Source of the DNA: Halarcobacter sp.
Lineage (GTDB): Bacteria > Campylobacterota > Campylobacteria > Campylobacterales > Arcobacteraceae
Direction: 5' to 3'
Length of the DNA: 64,000 nucleotides
NCBI GenBank assembly: GCA_048571215.1
Contig: CP182352.1
Coordinates: 576,001-640,000, forward strand
Position numbers and translations under genes: made by a program. This document shows, one piece after another, positions 50,199-59,141 of the stretch; the first letter of the stretch is position 1, and each line of letters opens with the position of its first letter. The notes beneath the pieces were generated by a model. The model was not told the origin of the DNA. It did no database searches and saw only the letters and a list, made by a program, of their open reading frames with translations.

Positions 50199-51194
50199 AT
50201 GACTTTAGATATAAAAAGCGTTGATATAAAACCTAAAAGATTGACTTTTGGTCATGTTGCTAGAAGAATTGGAGAAGATAAAGCTGCAACAAGATACGAA
50301 GAGGCAACTTATGATTTACAATCAGTTACAAACTTTCATTATAGACCTACATATAATCCAAAGTATGAATTATATGATGAAAGAAAAACTGCAATTAAAA
50401 TGAGTGATTGGTATAAGTTTTTAGACCCAAGACAATACTACTACTCAAATTATGTGATGACTAGGGCAAAACAACAAGAAGTAGCTGAGCAAAATTTTGT
50501 TTTTATTGAAAAAAGAGATCTTCTTGCTGTTATGCCTCAAGATGTAAAAGAGCAAATATTAACTTGTGTTTTACCTTTACGTCATTATGAGTGGGGAGCA
50601 AATATGAATAATCTTCAGCTTGTATCAGAATCATATGGTGCAGCATATGCTAGTGCAGCAATGTTTCATGCAGAAGATAGACTAGGAAATGCTCAATATA
50701 TAACTAGAATCGGATTATTAATTGGTGAAAATGAAACAGAGTTTTTAGATAAGTCAAAAGAGATTTGGCTAAATGATGCATCTTGGCAACCACTTAGAAA
50801 AGCTATGGAAGATAGTTTTGTGTTAGAAGATTGGTTTGAGTTACATATGGCTCAAAATGTGATTATGGATGGTTTCTTACACCCATTATTTTTTAATGTA
50901 TTTGAACAAGAGTTAAATGCAAAAGGTGGTTCTGCACAAGGAATGATGACTGAGTTTATTACAACTTGGTTTGAGGAATCAAGTAAATGGATAGATAAAA
51001 CTGTAAGTGTAGCTAGTAGTGAATCTTCTGAAAACTGTGAGATTTTAACTAGTTGGGCAGCAAGATATATTGATATCATGGAAGAAGCAACTCTTTCTTT
51101 AGCAAAAAATTTAGTATCAGACCCAGAAGCTGTTGTAAATGAAATAAAAGAAAATCTAATTGACCGTTTAAATAAAAACGGTTTAAATCTATAG
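50199..51194 (+). CDS. dmpL: Phenol hydroxylase beta subunit (P1)
   Basis: RYEEATYD.Q...NFHYRP, DWY...DPRQYYY, PLRH.EWGANMNN. Start at 50199 follows an AGGAG RBS. Confidence 0.93.
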   Translation: MTLDIKSVDIKPKRLTFGHVARRIGEDKAATRYEEATYDLQSVTNFHYRPTYNPKYELYDERKTAIKMSDWYKFLDPRQYYYSNYVMTRAKQQEVAEQNFVFIEKRDLLAVMPQDVKEQILTCVLPLRHYEWGANMNNLQLVSESYGAAYASAAMFHAEDRLGNAQYITRIGLLIGENETEFLDKSKEIWLNDASWQPLRKAMEDSFVLEDWFELHMAQNVIMDGFLHPLFFNVFEQELNAKGGSAQGMMTEFITTWFEESSKWIDKTVSVASSESSENCEILTSWAARYIDIMEEATLSLAKNLVSDPEAVVNEIKENLIDRLNKNGLNL

Positions 51195-51202
51195 GAGATG
51201 TT

Positions 51203-51478
51203 ATGGCTGATAATAATGTAATGTTAATTCTTCAAAGTGTTGAAGAAGCAAGACCAATGGTAGAGGCGATTTTAAAAGATAATACAGCAGCTACAGTTCA
51301 AAATGAACCTGCAATGATAAAAATAACTTGCCCAAATAAGTTAGTAGTTAAAGCTGATACTATGGAAGAGCTTATTGGTAGAGAGTGGGATCCACAAGAG
51401 TTACAGTTAGTGTTAATCTCTCTTGCGGGTAATGTTGATGAAGATTATGATCATTTTACAATCTATTGGGATAACTAG
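51203..51478 (+). CDS. dmpM: Phenol hydroxylase regulatory subunit (P2, MmoB/DmpM)
   Basis: EEAR..VEAI..DN, PAMIKI, LISLAGNVDED. Confidence 0.93.
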   Translation: MADNNVMLILQSVEEARPMVEAILKDNTAATVQNEPAMIKITCPNKLVVKADTMEELIGREWDPQELQLVLISLAGNVDEDYDHFTIYWDN

Positions 51479-51487
51479 GAGAAACTT

Positions 51488-53008
51488 ATGACAATGAATA
51501 CAAAAAACAGAAAAAAACGTTTAAATATGAAAGAGAAGTATCACCATATGACAAGACTTGGATGGGATACAACATATCAAGATATGGATAAGGTTTTCCC
51601 TTATGATAAATTTGAGGGTATAAAGATACATGATTGGGAAGCTTGGGAAGATCCATTTAGAATGACAATGGATGCTTACTGGAAATATCAAGGGGAAAAA
51701 GATAAAAAGCTTTATGCGATTATTGATGCTTTTGCACAAAATAATGGACAAAAAAACATTACAGATGCAAGATATGTATCAGCATTAAAACTGTTTTTAA
51801 CAGGTGTTTCTCCTTTGGAATATCAAGCACATAGAGGTTTTGCTCATGTGGCAAGAAACTTTAGAGGTGATGGTCCAAGAGTTGCTTGTCAAATGCAAGC
51901 AATAGATGAGTTAAGACATGTACAAACACAAATTCATACTTTAAGTCATTATAATAAACACTTTAATGGATTCTCTGAATGGTCTCATTGGCATGATAGA
52001 GTATGGTACCTTTCAGTTCCAAAATCGTTTTTTGATGATGCAAGAACAGCTGGACCTTTTGAGTTTATGATTGCAATTGGTTTTTCATTTGAATATGTTC
52101 TAACAAATCTATTATTTGTACCATTTATGAGTGGTGCTGCATATAATGGAGATATGGCGACAGTAACATTTGGATTCTCAGCACAAAGTGATGAGGCTAG
52201 ACATATGACATTAGGTTTACAAGCTATTAAGTTCATGTTAGAACAAGACCCAGATAATGTTCCTATTGTTCAAAAATGGATTGATAAATGGACATGGAGA
52301 GGATATAAGGTTTTAGGACTTGTATCTATGATGATGGATTATATGTTACCTGAATCTCCTCAATCTTGGAAAGAAGCTTGGGAATTATATTTTGAAGAAA
52401 ATACAGTTTCTTTATTTAAAGATTTAGAAAGATATGGAATAACAATTCCAAAATGTGCTGGAACAGTTGCAGCAGAAAAAGAGCATCTATCTCATCAAAT
52501 TTGGATGACATTTTATACTCATGGGGCAGCTGCACCTTTTCATACTTGGATTCCAGATGAGAAAAAGATGGATTGGTTGAGTGAAAAATATCCAAACACT
52601 TTTGATAAATATTATAGACCAGTGTATGAACATTGGGATAAATTAGAAAAACAGGGAAAAAGATATTACTCTGAGATGCTTCCTCAACTTTGTCAAACTT
52701 GTCAAATTCCAATGTTATATACAGAAGTTGAAAAAGGTGAACCAACTCAAATCGCCCATAGACATACGATGTATAATGGGGAAAGATTCCATTTCTGTTC
52801 AGATCATTGTAAAGAGATTTTTGAAGATGAACCAGAAAAATTTACTCACTCTTGGATGCCTGTTCAACAAATTTTCCAAGGAAATTGTGGTGGAGCAACA
52901 CTTCCAGAAGTATTAGATTGGTATAAAGTAAAATTTGGTGTAGATAACTGTGACTACAAAGGCTCAGAAGATGAAGCTACTTGGAAAAAGTGGCATGGAC
53001 AAGCATAA
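51488..53008 (+). CDS. dmpN: Phenol hydroxylase alpha subunit (P3, diiron, YHS)
   Basis: WEDPFR, DELRH and DEARH diiron motifs, CQTCQIP, FCSDHC. Confidence 0.96.
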   Translation: MTMNTKNRKKRLNMKEKYHHMTRLGWDTTYQDMDKVFPYDKFEGIKIHDWEAWEDPFRMTMDAYWKYQGEKDKKLYAIIDAFAQNNGQKNITDARYVSALKLFLTGVSPLEYQAHRGFAHVARNFRGDGPRVACQMQAIDELRHVQTQIHTLSHYNKHFNGFSEWSHWHDRVWYLSVPKSFFDDARTAGPFEFMIAIGFSFEYVLTNLLFVPFMSGAAYNGDMATVTFGFSAQSDEARHMTLGLQAIKFMLEQDPDNVPIVQKWIDKWTWRGYKVLGLVSMMMDYMLPESPQSWKEAWELYFEENTVSLFKDLERYGITIPKCAGTVAAEKEHLSHQIWMTFYTHGAAAPFHTWIPDEKKMDWLSEKYPNTFDKYYRPVYEHWDKLEKQGKRYYSEMLPQLCQTCQIPMLYTEVEKGEPTQIAHRHTMYNGERFHFCSDHCKEIFEDEPEKFTHSWMPVQQIFQGNCGGATLPEVLDWYKVKFGVDNCDYKGSEDEATWKKWHGQA

Positions 53009-53017
53009 GGAGATAAA

Positions 53018-53380
53018 ATGGCTGTTAAATCAATAGGTAAATATGAAGCAAATATGATGGATAGAGTTGAGAACTTTCATGGTAATCAACTGGTTTTTAT
53101 TGGTTGGGATAAACATAGAATGATAAATTCAGCTATGGGTTTTCCTTTACCACCACAAATGCCATTTTCAGCACTTTTAAGTGATGTGATGCCAATGTGT
53201 TATAAAGACCATCCAGATTTTGAAAAAGTTGTTTGGGATGATTCTGTTATTTGGAATCTAAATGGTGAATCTTTTTCTCCTGATGTAAATAAATCATTGG
53301 AAGAAAATGGAATCGACCACAAATCTATTTTAAGATTTGAAACACCAAATCTTACAGGATTAAATGGCGTAGGGATGTAA
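53018..53380 (+). CDS. dmpO: Phenol hydroxylase gamma subunit (P4)
   Basis: DRVENFHG..L.IGWD.H, HPDF, SL.ENGIDHKS.LRF.TP.L.G. Confidence 0.93.
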   Translation: MAVKSIGKYEANMMDRVENFHGNQLVFIGWDKHRMINSAMGFPLPPQMPFSALLSDVMPMCYKDHPDFEKVVWDDSVIWNLNGESFSPDVNKSLEENGIDHKSILRFETPNLTGLNGVGM

Positions 53381-53381
53381 G

Positions 53382-54440
53382 ATGAGTTATACAGTTGAGA
53401 TTGAACCAACAGGTGATGTAATAGAGGTTCAAGAGGGACAAACAATTCTTGATGCGGCATTAAGACAAGGGGTATATCTACCCCATGCCTGCAATCATGG
53501 CTTGTGTGGAACTTGTAAAATCGAACTTCTTGAAGGGGAAGTTGACCATGGAGATGCTTCACCATTTGCTTTGATGGATATGGAAAAAGATGAAGGAAAA
53601 TGTTTGGCATGTACTTCAAAACCTAAAGAGGATTGTGCAGTTGAAGCTGATATTGATGAGGATGCAGATGCAAGAAGTATCCCTGTAGAAGATTTTGAAG
53701 CAACAGTTGTAGAAATAAAAGATTTAACCCCAAGAATTAAGGGGATAGTTTTAGAACTTGATAAAAATATTGATTTTCAAGCTGGACAATATGTACAATA
53801 TTATGTTCCAGATTTTGAAGAACCTAGAGCTTTTTCAATTGCAAGTTCTCCTAAAAGTGGAAAAACTATAGAGTTAAATATATCTTTGATACCTGATGGT
53901 GAAGTTACACCTTGGATACATAATAATACAAAAGTTGGAGACAAAACAAAAGTCTCTGGTCCTTTTGGAAGATTTTTTGTAAAAGAATCAGCTCAAAAAC
54001 CTATGGTATTTTTTGCTGGAGGTTCTGGTTTATCAAGTCCAAAGTCTATGATTGAAGATCTACTTGAAAGAGGATGTACCTTGCCTATAACACTTTTTCA
54101 CGGAGCTAGAAATCAAGATGAGCTTTATTATGCAGATTTATTTAGAAACTTAGAAAAAGAGTATGAAAATTTTAGATATATACCTGCATTATCGGGAGAT
54201 AATTTAGTTGAATGGGACGGTGAAACTGGTTATTTAAATGATGTGGCAGTTAAAACCTATGATAATAACTTCTCAGGTCATAAAGCATATTTATGTGGAC
54301 CACCTGCAATGTTAGATGTATGTATTACTGCACTTATGAGGGGAAGGTTATATGAAAGGGATATTCATATAGAAAAATTCTTTTCTAAAGCAGATTTAGA
54401 TGCAAAAAACCAAAAAAGTCCACTTTTTAAATCTTTATAA
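53382..54440 (+). CDS. dmpP: Phenol hydroxylase reductase (P5; 2Fe-2S/FAD/NAD)
   Basis: CNHGLCGTC...LAC, RAFSIAS, AGGSGLS, YLCGPP. Confidence 0.95.
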   Translation: MSYTVEIEPTGDVIEVQEGQTILDAALRQGVYLPHACNHGLCGTCKIELLEGEVDHGDASPFALMDMEKDEGKCLACTSKPKEDCAVEADIDEDADARSIPVEDFEATVVEIKDLTPRIKGIVLELDKNIDFQAGQYVQYYVPDFEEPRAFSIASSPKSGKTIELNISLIPDGEVTPWIHNNTKVGDKTKVSGPFGRFFVKESAQKPMVFFAGGSGLSSPKSMIEDLLERGCTLPITLFHGARNQDELYYADLFRNLEKEYENFRYIPALSGDNLVEWDGETGYLNDVAVKTYDNNFSGHKAYLCGPPAMLDVCITALMRGRLYERDIHIEKFFSKADLDAKNQKSPLFKSL

Positions 54441-54477
54441 ACTAGTACTTATGTATAATAAGTGCTAGTTCTTATTT
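54440..54477 (+). terminator. Probable intrinsic terminator after dmpP
   Basis: AACTAGTACTTAT-GTATA-ATAAGTGCTAGTT hairpin followed by CTTATTT. Confidence 0.6.
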
Positions 54478-54483
54478 TAAATA

Positions 54484-54516
54484 CGCGAAATATTCGCGAC
54501 TAAAATTCACTATAAT
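54484..54516 (+). promoter_or_regulatory. Putative regulator site plus -10 box, TSUP promoter
   Basis: CGCGAAATATTCGCGA-N11-TATAAT, same spacing as the other two sites. Confidence 0.6.
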
Positions 54517-54540
54517 TATAAAAAAATTAAAGGTTTTATT

Positions 54541-55344
54541 ATGTTAGATATGCAAACAATAATATATTTTTTACTATTAGGTTCTTTTGTTGGAGTGGTA
54601 TCAGGACTTTTTGGAATAGGTGGGGGTGGGATTATAGTTCCTATTTTAACTACGATTTTTTTATCCCACGGAATTGATGAGAGAAATGTTGTACATATGG
54701 CACTAGGTACCTCAATGGCCATTATAATAATAACATCAATTTCAAGTATAAGAGCCCAACAAAAGAAAAAAGCAATAGTGTGGAATATTGTAAAAATGAT
54801 GGTTCCAGGTATATTAATAGGTACATTTTTAGCTACTTTTATAGCGTCAAAATTAGATTCATTTTATCTATCAATAATATTTAGTATTTTTATGTTTTTC
54901 ACCTCAATTAATATGTTTATAGGCAAAAAGCCAAAAGCAGAATCAAAAGTTTTTTCAAATAAAACACATTTTTTTTCAGGGGGACTTATAGGTGGATTAT
55001 CCTCTTTAGTATCTATTGGTGGAGGGATATTAAGTGTCCCATATCTACTTGTGCAAAATGTAGATATAAAAAAAGCAATAGCAACATCATCAGCAATAGG
55101 TTTCCCAATAGCACTATCTGGAACCTTGGGTTATATAGTAAATGGTTGGAGCAATACTTCAATAGATACACTAACAATAGGATATGTAAACCTAGCAGCC
55201 TTTGCTTGTGTAGCAGTAGCCAGTTTCACCACAGCTCCAATTGGAGTTATGTTAGTACATAAAATAAATGTGAATATAATGAAAAAATTGTTTTCAGTAT
55301 TGCCTTTTATTTTGAGCATTAAGATGATTTATTCTTTGGTGTAA
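54541..55344 (+). CDS. TSUP (TauE/SafE) family membrane transporter
   Basis: GLFGIGGGGIIVP, ALGTS, SIGGG..VP, AIATSS duplicated halves. Confidence 0.92.
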   Translation: MLDMQTIIYFLLLGSFVGVVSGLFGIGGGGIIVPILTTIFLSHGIDERNVVHMALGTSMAIIIITSISSIRAQQKKKAIVWNIVKMMVPGILIGTFLATFIASKLDSFYLSIIFSIFMFFTSINMFIGKKPKAESKVFSNKTHFFSGGLIGGLSSLVSIGGGILSVPYLLVQNVDIKKAIATSSAIGFPIALSGTLGYIVNGWSNTSIDTLTIGYVNLAAFACVAVASFTTAPIGVMLVHKINVNIMKKLFSVLPFILSIKMIYSLV

Positions 55345-55397
55345 CGTTTAAAATGAGCCGATGAATTACCCGCAGGGTAATTTATTGGCTCCACTGA
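55339..55397 (-). mobile_element. attC site 2, distal part (the rest lies at 56418-56431, split by the IS)
   Basis: Rejoined minus strand: GGATAAC-AAATCAGTGGAGCCAATAAATTACCC-TGC-GGGTAATTCATCGGCTCATTTTAAAC-GTTACAC. Confidence 0.75.
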
Positions 55398-55826
55398 GAC
55401 TGTGAAAGAACTCAATCTCAATTTATATAAATATTCTACATAAAAACACCTAAAAATAATCATCCTAAAAATACTAAAATGTTATAATATATTATATTTT
55501 AAAGGTGATTTATGGGTATATATAAACAAGGATTAGATAGAAATCAACAGTTACTTTTTCCACCAAGTTTGGATGAACTAGTTGATGAAAATAATATAGT
55601 AAGAGCAATTGATTCTTATGTAGAAATATTAAATATTCATAAGCTAAATATAAAAACTAAAAAATCATTAATAACAGATGGTCAACCTGCATTTCATCCT
55701 AAATTACTATTAAAAATATATATTTATGGATATTTAAATAAGATAAGAAGCTCAAGAAAACTAGAACAAGAGATTAAAAGAAATATAGAACTAATGTGGT
55801 TAACACAAGGATTAACTCCATCTTAT

Positions 55827-55867
55827 CTTGTGAAGCGAAGCGGTGCTTTAGCATCACTCTCTTTGAG
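55827..55867 (+). repeat. 41-bp inserted mini-element, copy 1
   Basis: CTTGTGAAGCGAAGCGGTGCTTTAGCATCACTCTCTTTGAG splits PSY|KTIANF. Confidence 0.75.
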
Positions 55868-56165
55868 AAAACAATAGCTAACTTTAAACAAATGTATAGA
55901 TGGGAACATGAAACTATTATCGATGACTATACTACTAAAATGAATACAAAAAAAGCAAGAGATATAGTTAGAAAAAGAGGTTCAATAGTAGAACATCCAT
56001 TTTGCAAGTGTGGATTCCGTTTCACTCCATGGTACAATTAAAAGAACTTTAGGTTGGGATTATTTTTTAGTAAGAGGAAGCAAAGGTATTCGGTGAGAGA
56101 ATGTTCTTATCATGTTTATATATAATTTTAGAAGACTTTTAAACCTTATAGGAATAAGTTTGTTT

Positions 56166-56206
56166 CTTGTGAAGTGAAACGGTGCTTTAGCATCACTCTC
56201 TTTGAG
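56166..56206 (+). repeat. 41-bp inserted mini-element, copy 2
   Basis: 39/41 identical to copy 1; different flanking transposase sequence. Confidence 0.75.
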
Positions 56207-56406
56207 AAAAAGTTATGTATAACAATAAAAAACAAAGATTTAATCCAAATTACCAAAGATATAGAGGAATATATCTTAGTGTTTGGACTTTATTTGGTTT
56301 ATTTTTTACAAAAATTTTTATATCTAAAAAATTTAAGAAGAAATATCAGATATTTAGGAAGTTAATTTGGATTTTTACTGTAAATTTAGTTTATTTGGAA
56401 CTAAAT

Positions 56407-56775
56407 TCACAGTCTGTCTGATTTGTTATCCAGTTTACTTAGCATATCATTGATAGCTTTTTCAAATTCATCAAAATCTTCATCTAAAGTATCCCATAAA
56501 ACTTTGTCATCAACTCCAAAATAATGATGAGTTAAAACATCTCTCATTTTGGCTATTTCACTCCATGGGATTTCAGGGTATTCTTCTGTCAGCTCTTTTG
56601 GTATATTTTTTACAGCTTCTCCTATATTTTCAAATGCTTTTGCGACAGCATAAACTTTTTCAAGATTTTCCGTAAATTCATCGTATGTTATATTTTCAAC
56701 AAATTTTTTAATATTTTTACACTCATTAGATATATCTTCAATATAGAGTTTGTAATCTCTATTGCTTTTAAACAT
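56407..56775 (-). CDS. HEPN/DUF86 (HepT-like) RNase toxin
   Basis: [26 protein letters not shown] (Rx4H). Confidence 0.92.
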   Translation of the reverse strand: MFKSNRDYKLYIEDISNECKNIKKFVENITYDEFTENLEKVYAVAKAFENIGEAVKNIPKELTEEYPEIPWSEIAKMRDVLTHHYFGVDDKVLWDTLDEDFDEFEKAINDMLSKLDNKSDRL

Positions 56776-57064
56776 AGCTAATATCCTTTTGAATATAGCT
56801 TTTTACTTGTGGTTTTAATGTTTCATCTCTTACCAAGTCGATTTTTTTGTGAAAAAAATCTTCAAGTTGCTTAGTTAGTTTTAGATATTTAAATATTGAG
56901 AGTTTTTTATCTTTTTCAATTTTATATAAAATATCTATATCACTATTATCATTTGCCTCATCTCTCGCAAAGGAACCAAATAATCCTATAAATTGCACTC
57001 CAAATTGGTTATGATAATATTCTTGATTTGATTTTAAATAGTTTAAGATATCTTGTTTGTGCAT
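56768..57064 (-). CDS. Minimal nucleotidyltransferase antitoxin (MntA-like)
   Basis: LFGSFAR.....SDIDIL (GSx10DxD), KIDLV; overlaps the HEPN start. Confidence 0.93.
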   Translation of the reverse strand: MHKQDILNYLKSNQEYYHNQFGVQFIGLFGSFARDEANDNSDIDILYKIEKDKKLSIFKYLKLTKQLEDFFHKKIDLVRDETLKPQVKSYIQKDISYV

Positions 57065-58047
57065 TATTCTATCTCCTCATCTTCATCAAATGGTATAAAA
57101 TGTTTTTTACAATACTCTTTAATCTCTGAATCATTGTTAAAATATTTATCACAAAAACTACTTAGCTCATTTTCTACAGATTGGTAGTTTCTTTCATCTA
57201 TAGTTAACATTCTCTCAGTCAGCTCTATAAAATTTTCATATTTGTCATTTACTTTACACAATTTATCTATAGTTTTAAAATCCAACTCTTTAAATTTTGA
57301 TTGAAATAGTATTTCACTTTCATAAGGATTTGACTTAAGCTCAATTATACCTATTCCAAAAGATTCATTAAGTCTTTGCATCTCATCTTTGAGATTGTCA
57401 TTAATTTCTAATGCAACCAAATACCCGTAATTTGCCCAACTTGAATTTGATACAGCTTGAAAATAATACTTTTTAAGTTCATAATCGGTATTAATCTCTT
57501 TTTTGATCTCATAAGAAGTTAGTTTAAAAGTATCTGACTTATTAAGTATTTTCATAAATGCTTTATTGACTTTTGAAGTTAAATTCAAAAACTCTATCCC
57601 AATCATATCAGGATGTATCCACTTTTGATGGTCATCTTTTGAATTTTTTGATTCCTCATGTAAAATTGTTTTTGTATATATCTTTTTATTTTTAAGATAG
57701 CTACTAAGTAGTTTATGTAAATTTCTTTCACTATAAGTTTGTTTTTTCTTAAGTTGCTTTGGCTCTGGCTTTTCTGTAATTTCAGAAGCAATTTCATTGA
57801 TATTTAAATCTTGTTCAAATTTTGACAAATAGTATAAATAAAAATTACCATCACCTTTTATTCTTTTTACTCTTGTGTCATTTTTTCTAATAAAATCACC
57901 TAATTGAGCAGATATTGTATCTTTAGGCGTTCTTGCATCTCTAAAGTCATAATATTTTTGGCTAATGATATGTTCATATATATCATTATGAGTTAAAAGT
58001 TTATGTAAATCTTCAAGGCTTTTAAGTATTGCTTCTTTTATTGTCAT
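57064..58047 (-). CDS. COG2958/HrgA-like protein (N-terminal HTH plus PD-(D/E)xK-like domain)
   Basis: TP..TISA.L; ERNLH..L; WIHPDMIG; SYEIKK; FQAVSNSSWANYGYLVA. Confidence 0.8.
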   Translation of the reverse strand: MTIKEAILKSLEDLHKLLTHNDIYEHIISQKYYDFRDARTPKDTISAQLGDFIRKNDTRVKRIKGDGNFYLYYLSKFEQDLNINEIASEITEKPEPKQLKKKQTYSERNLHKLLSSYLKNKKIYTKTILHEESKNSKDDHQKWIHPDMIGIEFLNLTSKVNKAFMKILNKSDTFKLTSYEIKKEINTDYELKKYYFQAVSNSSWANYGYLVALEINDNLKDEMQRLNESFGIGIIELKSNPYESEILFQSKFKELDFKTIDKLCKVNDKYENFIELTERMLTIDERNYQSVENELSSFCDKYFNNDSEIKEYCKKHFIPFDEDEEIE

Positions 58048-58114
58048 ATCTTCTCTTTAAGTTTTAATAAATTATATCAGATTTAATTTCAGTAAATACT
58101 TTAGTGATATTTTT

Positions 58115-58185
58115 GGATAACGACTAAGCTCACCCGACAAAACCCGCACAGCGGTTTTTGGTCGGGTGGAGCGCCTGGTTAGCTG
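58115..58185 (-). mobile_element. attC site 1 (integron cassette recombination site)
   Basis: Minus strand CAGCTAAC-CAGGCGCTCCACCCGACCAAAAACCGC-TGT-GCGGGTTTTGTCGGGTGAGCTTAGTC-GTTATCC; overlaps the HNH stop codon. Confidence 0.88.
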
Positions 58186-58859
58186 CCGTATTTTTGCAAG
58201 AATTCTTCATATGTAGAATATCTTTTGATGTTTTTGGATTTTTTGTTTTTCCCTAAAATTGTACTATCAATTCTCCGGTGCATGAAATTTACTAGCTTTT
58301 CAAATTGAGACAGAGCGATCATGTCCCACTTTGCGCCGAACTCCCTATTTATTGCGCCATATATAATGGTGTATTTCATTTTTTCTTTGCCGACGTCTGC
58401 TGTCTTGAATTCGTGATAGCGATCTATAAGGCGCTTAATGTAATTCCGATGATTTGCGCTGGATGCTATAGAACCAACTGGCGCGTTAACTTTAACCGAT
58501 TTCTTTTGTGTTTTTATTTCTACCCTGTTCGCTACTACCCCATTGTTTACAGAAGAGTCAAAGCTAATGACGTTTCCAAGTTGTGATTGATTTGGGAGTG
58601 CGGAATTAACTCCTTTGATTAGCGAAATCTTTTTGCGCAATACTTCTATTTCTGATATTTCACCCGCGGTGACCTTGGCGTGGCAGTTACTACAAAGAAG
58701 AATTAAATTATCTTCTTTATGCTCTTGGATTTCTGAATAAGGTTGGATGTGGTGTAACTCAAATGTTGTTACATCAGTTTCGCCACAAAATGGGCAAGCC
58801 ATCCCAGCTTCTTGGTATATCTTTTTCTTTATTTTTTCTGGAATTGCCTTTCTGCCCAT
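58179..58859 (-). CDS. HNH endonuclease-domain protein (gene cassette)
   Basis: CPFCG..LHHI....NLILLCSNCH; visibly more GC-rich than its flanks. Confidence 0.88.
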   Translation of the reverse strand: MGRKAIPEKIKKKIYQEAGMACPFCGETDVTTFELHHIQPYSEIQEHKEDNLILLCSNCHAKVTAGEISEIEVLRKKISLIKGVNSALPNQSQLGNVISFDSSVNNGVVANRVEIKTQKKSVKVNAPVGSIASSANHRNYIKRLIDRYHEFKTADVGKEKMKYTIIYGAINREFGAKWDMIALSQFEKLVNFMHRRIDSTILGKNKKSKNIKRYSTYEEFLQKYGS

Positions 58860-59141
58860 GCTCTCAGTCCTTTTTGCAGCTAATTACTTATTAGTAATAC
58901 ATTATATATAAATAATATATAAAAACATCTAATATCATAACATTAAAAATGTAAAGATATTAACTCAAATAAGCTTTAAATAGTTAAAATTCAATAAAAT
59001 ATGAAATAATGTAAATAAATATGTACTTTTATATGTTAGATTATTAACGTATATCCGTAATATCTTATCATTTTGTATGACTATTGGGTGAAAATCTTGA
59101 TAGTTTAACAAAATGATAAATATATTATATTGTGATTGGCT

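Larger units (their letters stand above)
55512..56260 (+). pseudogene. IS1182 transposase remnant
   Basis: G.PAFHP..LLK...YGY....SSRKLE N-terminal part is joined directly to the C-terminal R.SIVEHPF/GTIKR part. Core deleted, frameshifting inserts; 3' end approximate. Confidence 0.85.
55398..56417 (+). mobile_element. Decayed IS1182-family element
   Basis: IRs GACTGTGAA / TTCACAGTC, CTGA direct repeats (55394-97, 56418-21), transposase fragments inside. Confidence 0.85.

Noticed and set aside
55796..56421. Short ORFs of 81, 63 and 68 aa
   Set aside because: Fragments or shifted frames of the decayed transposase and IS end.
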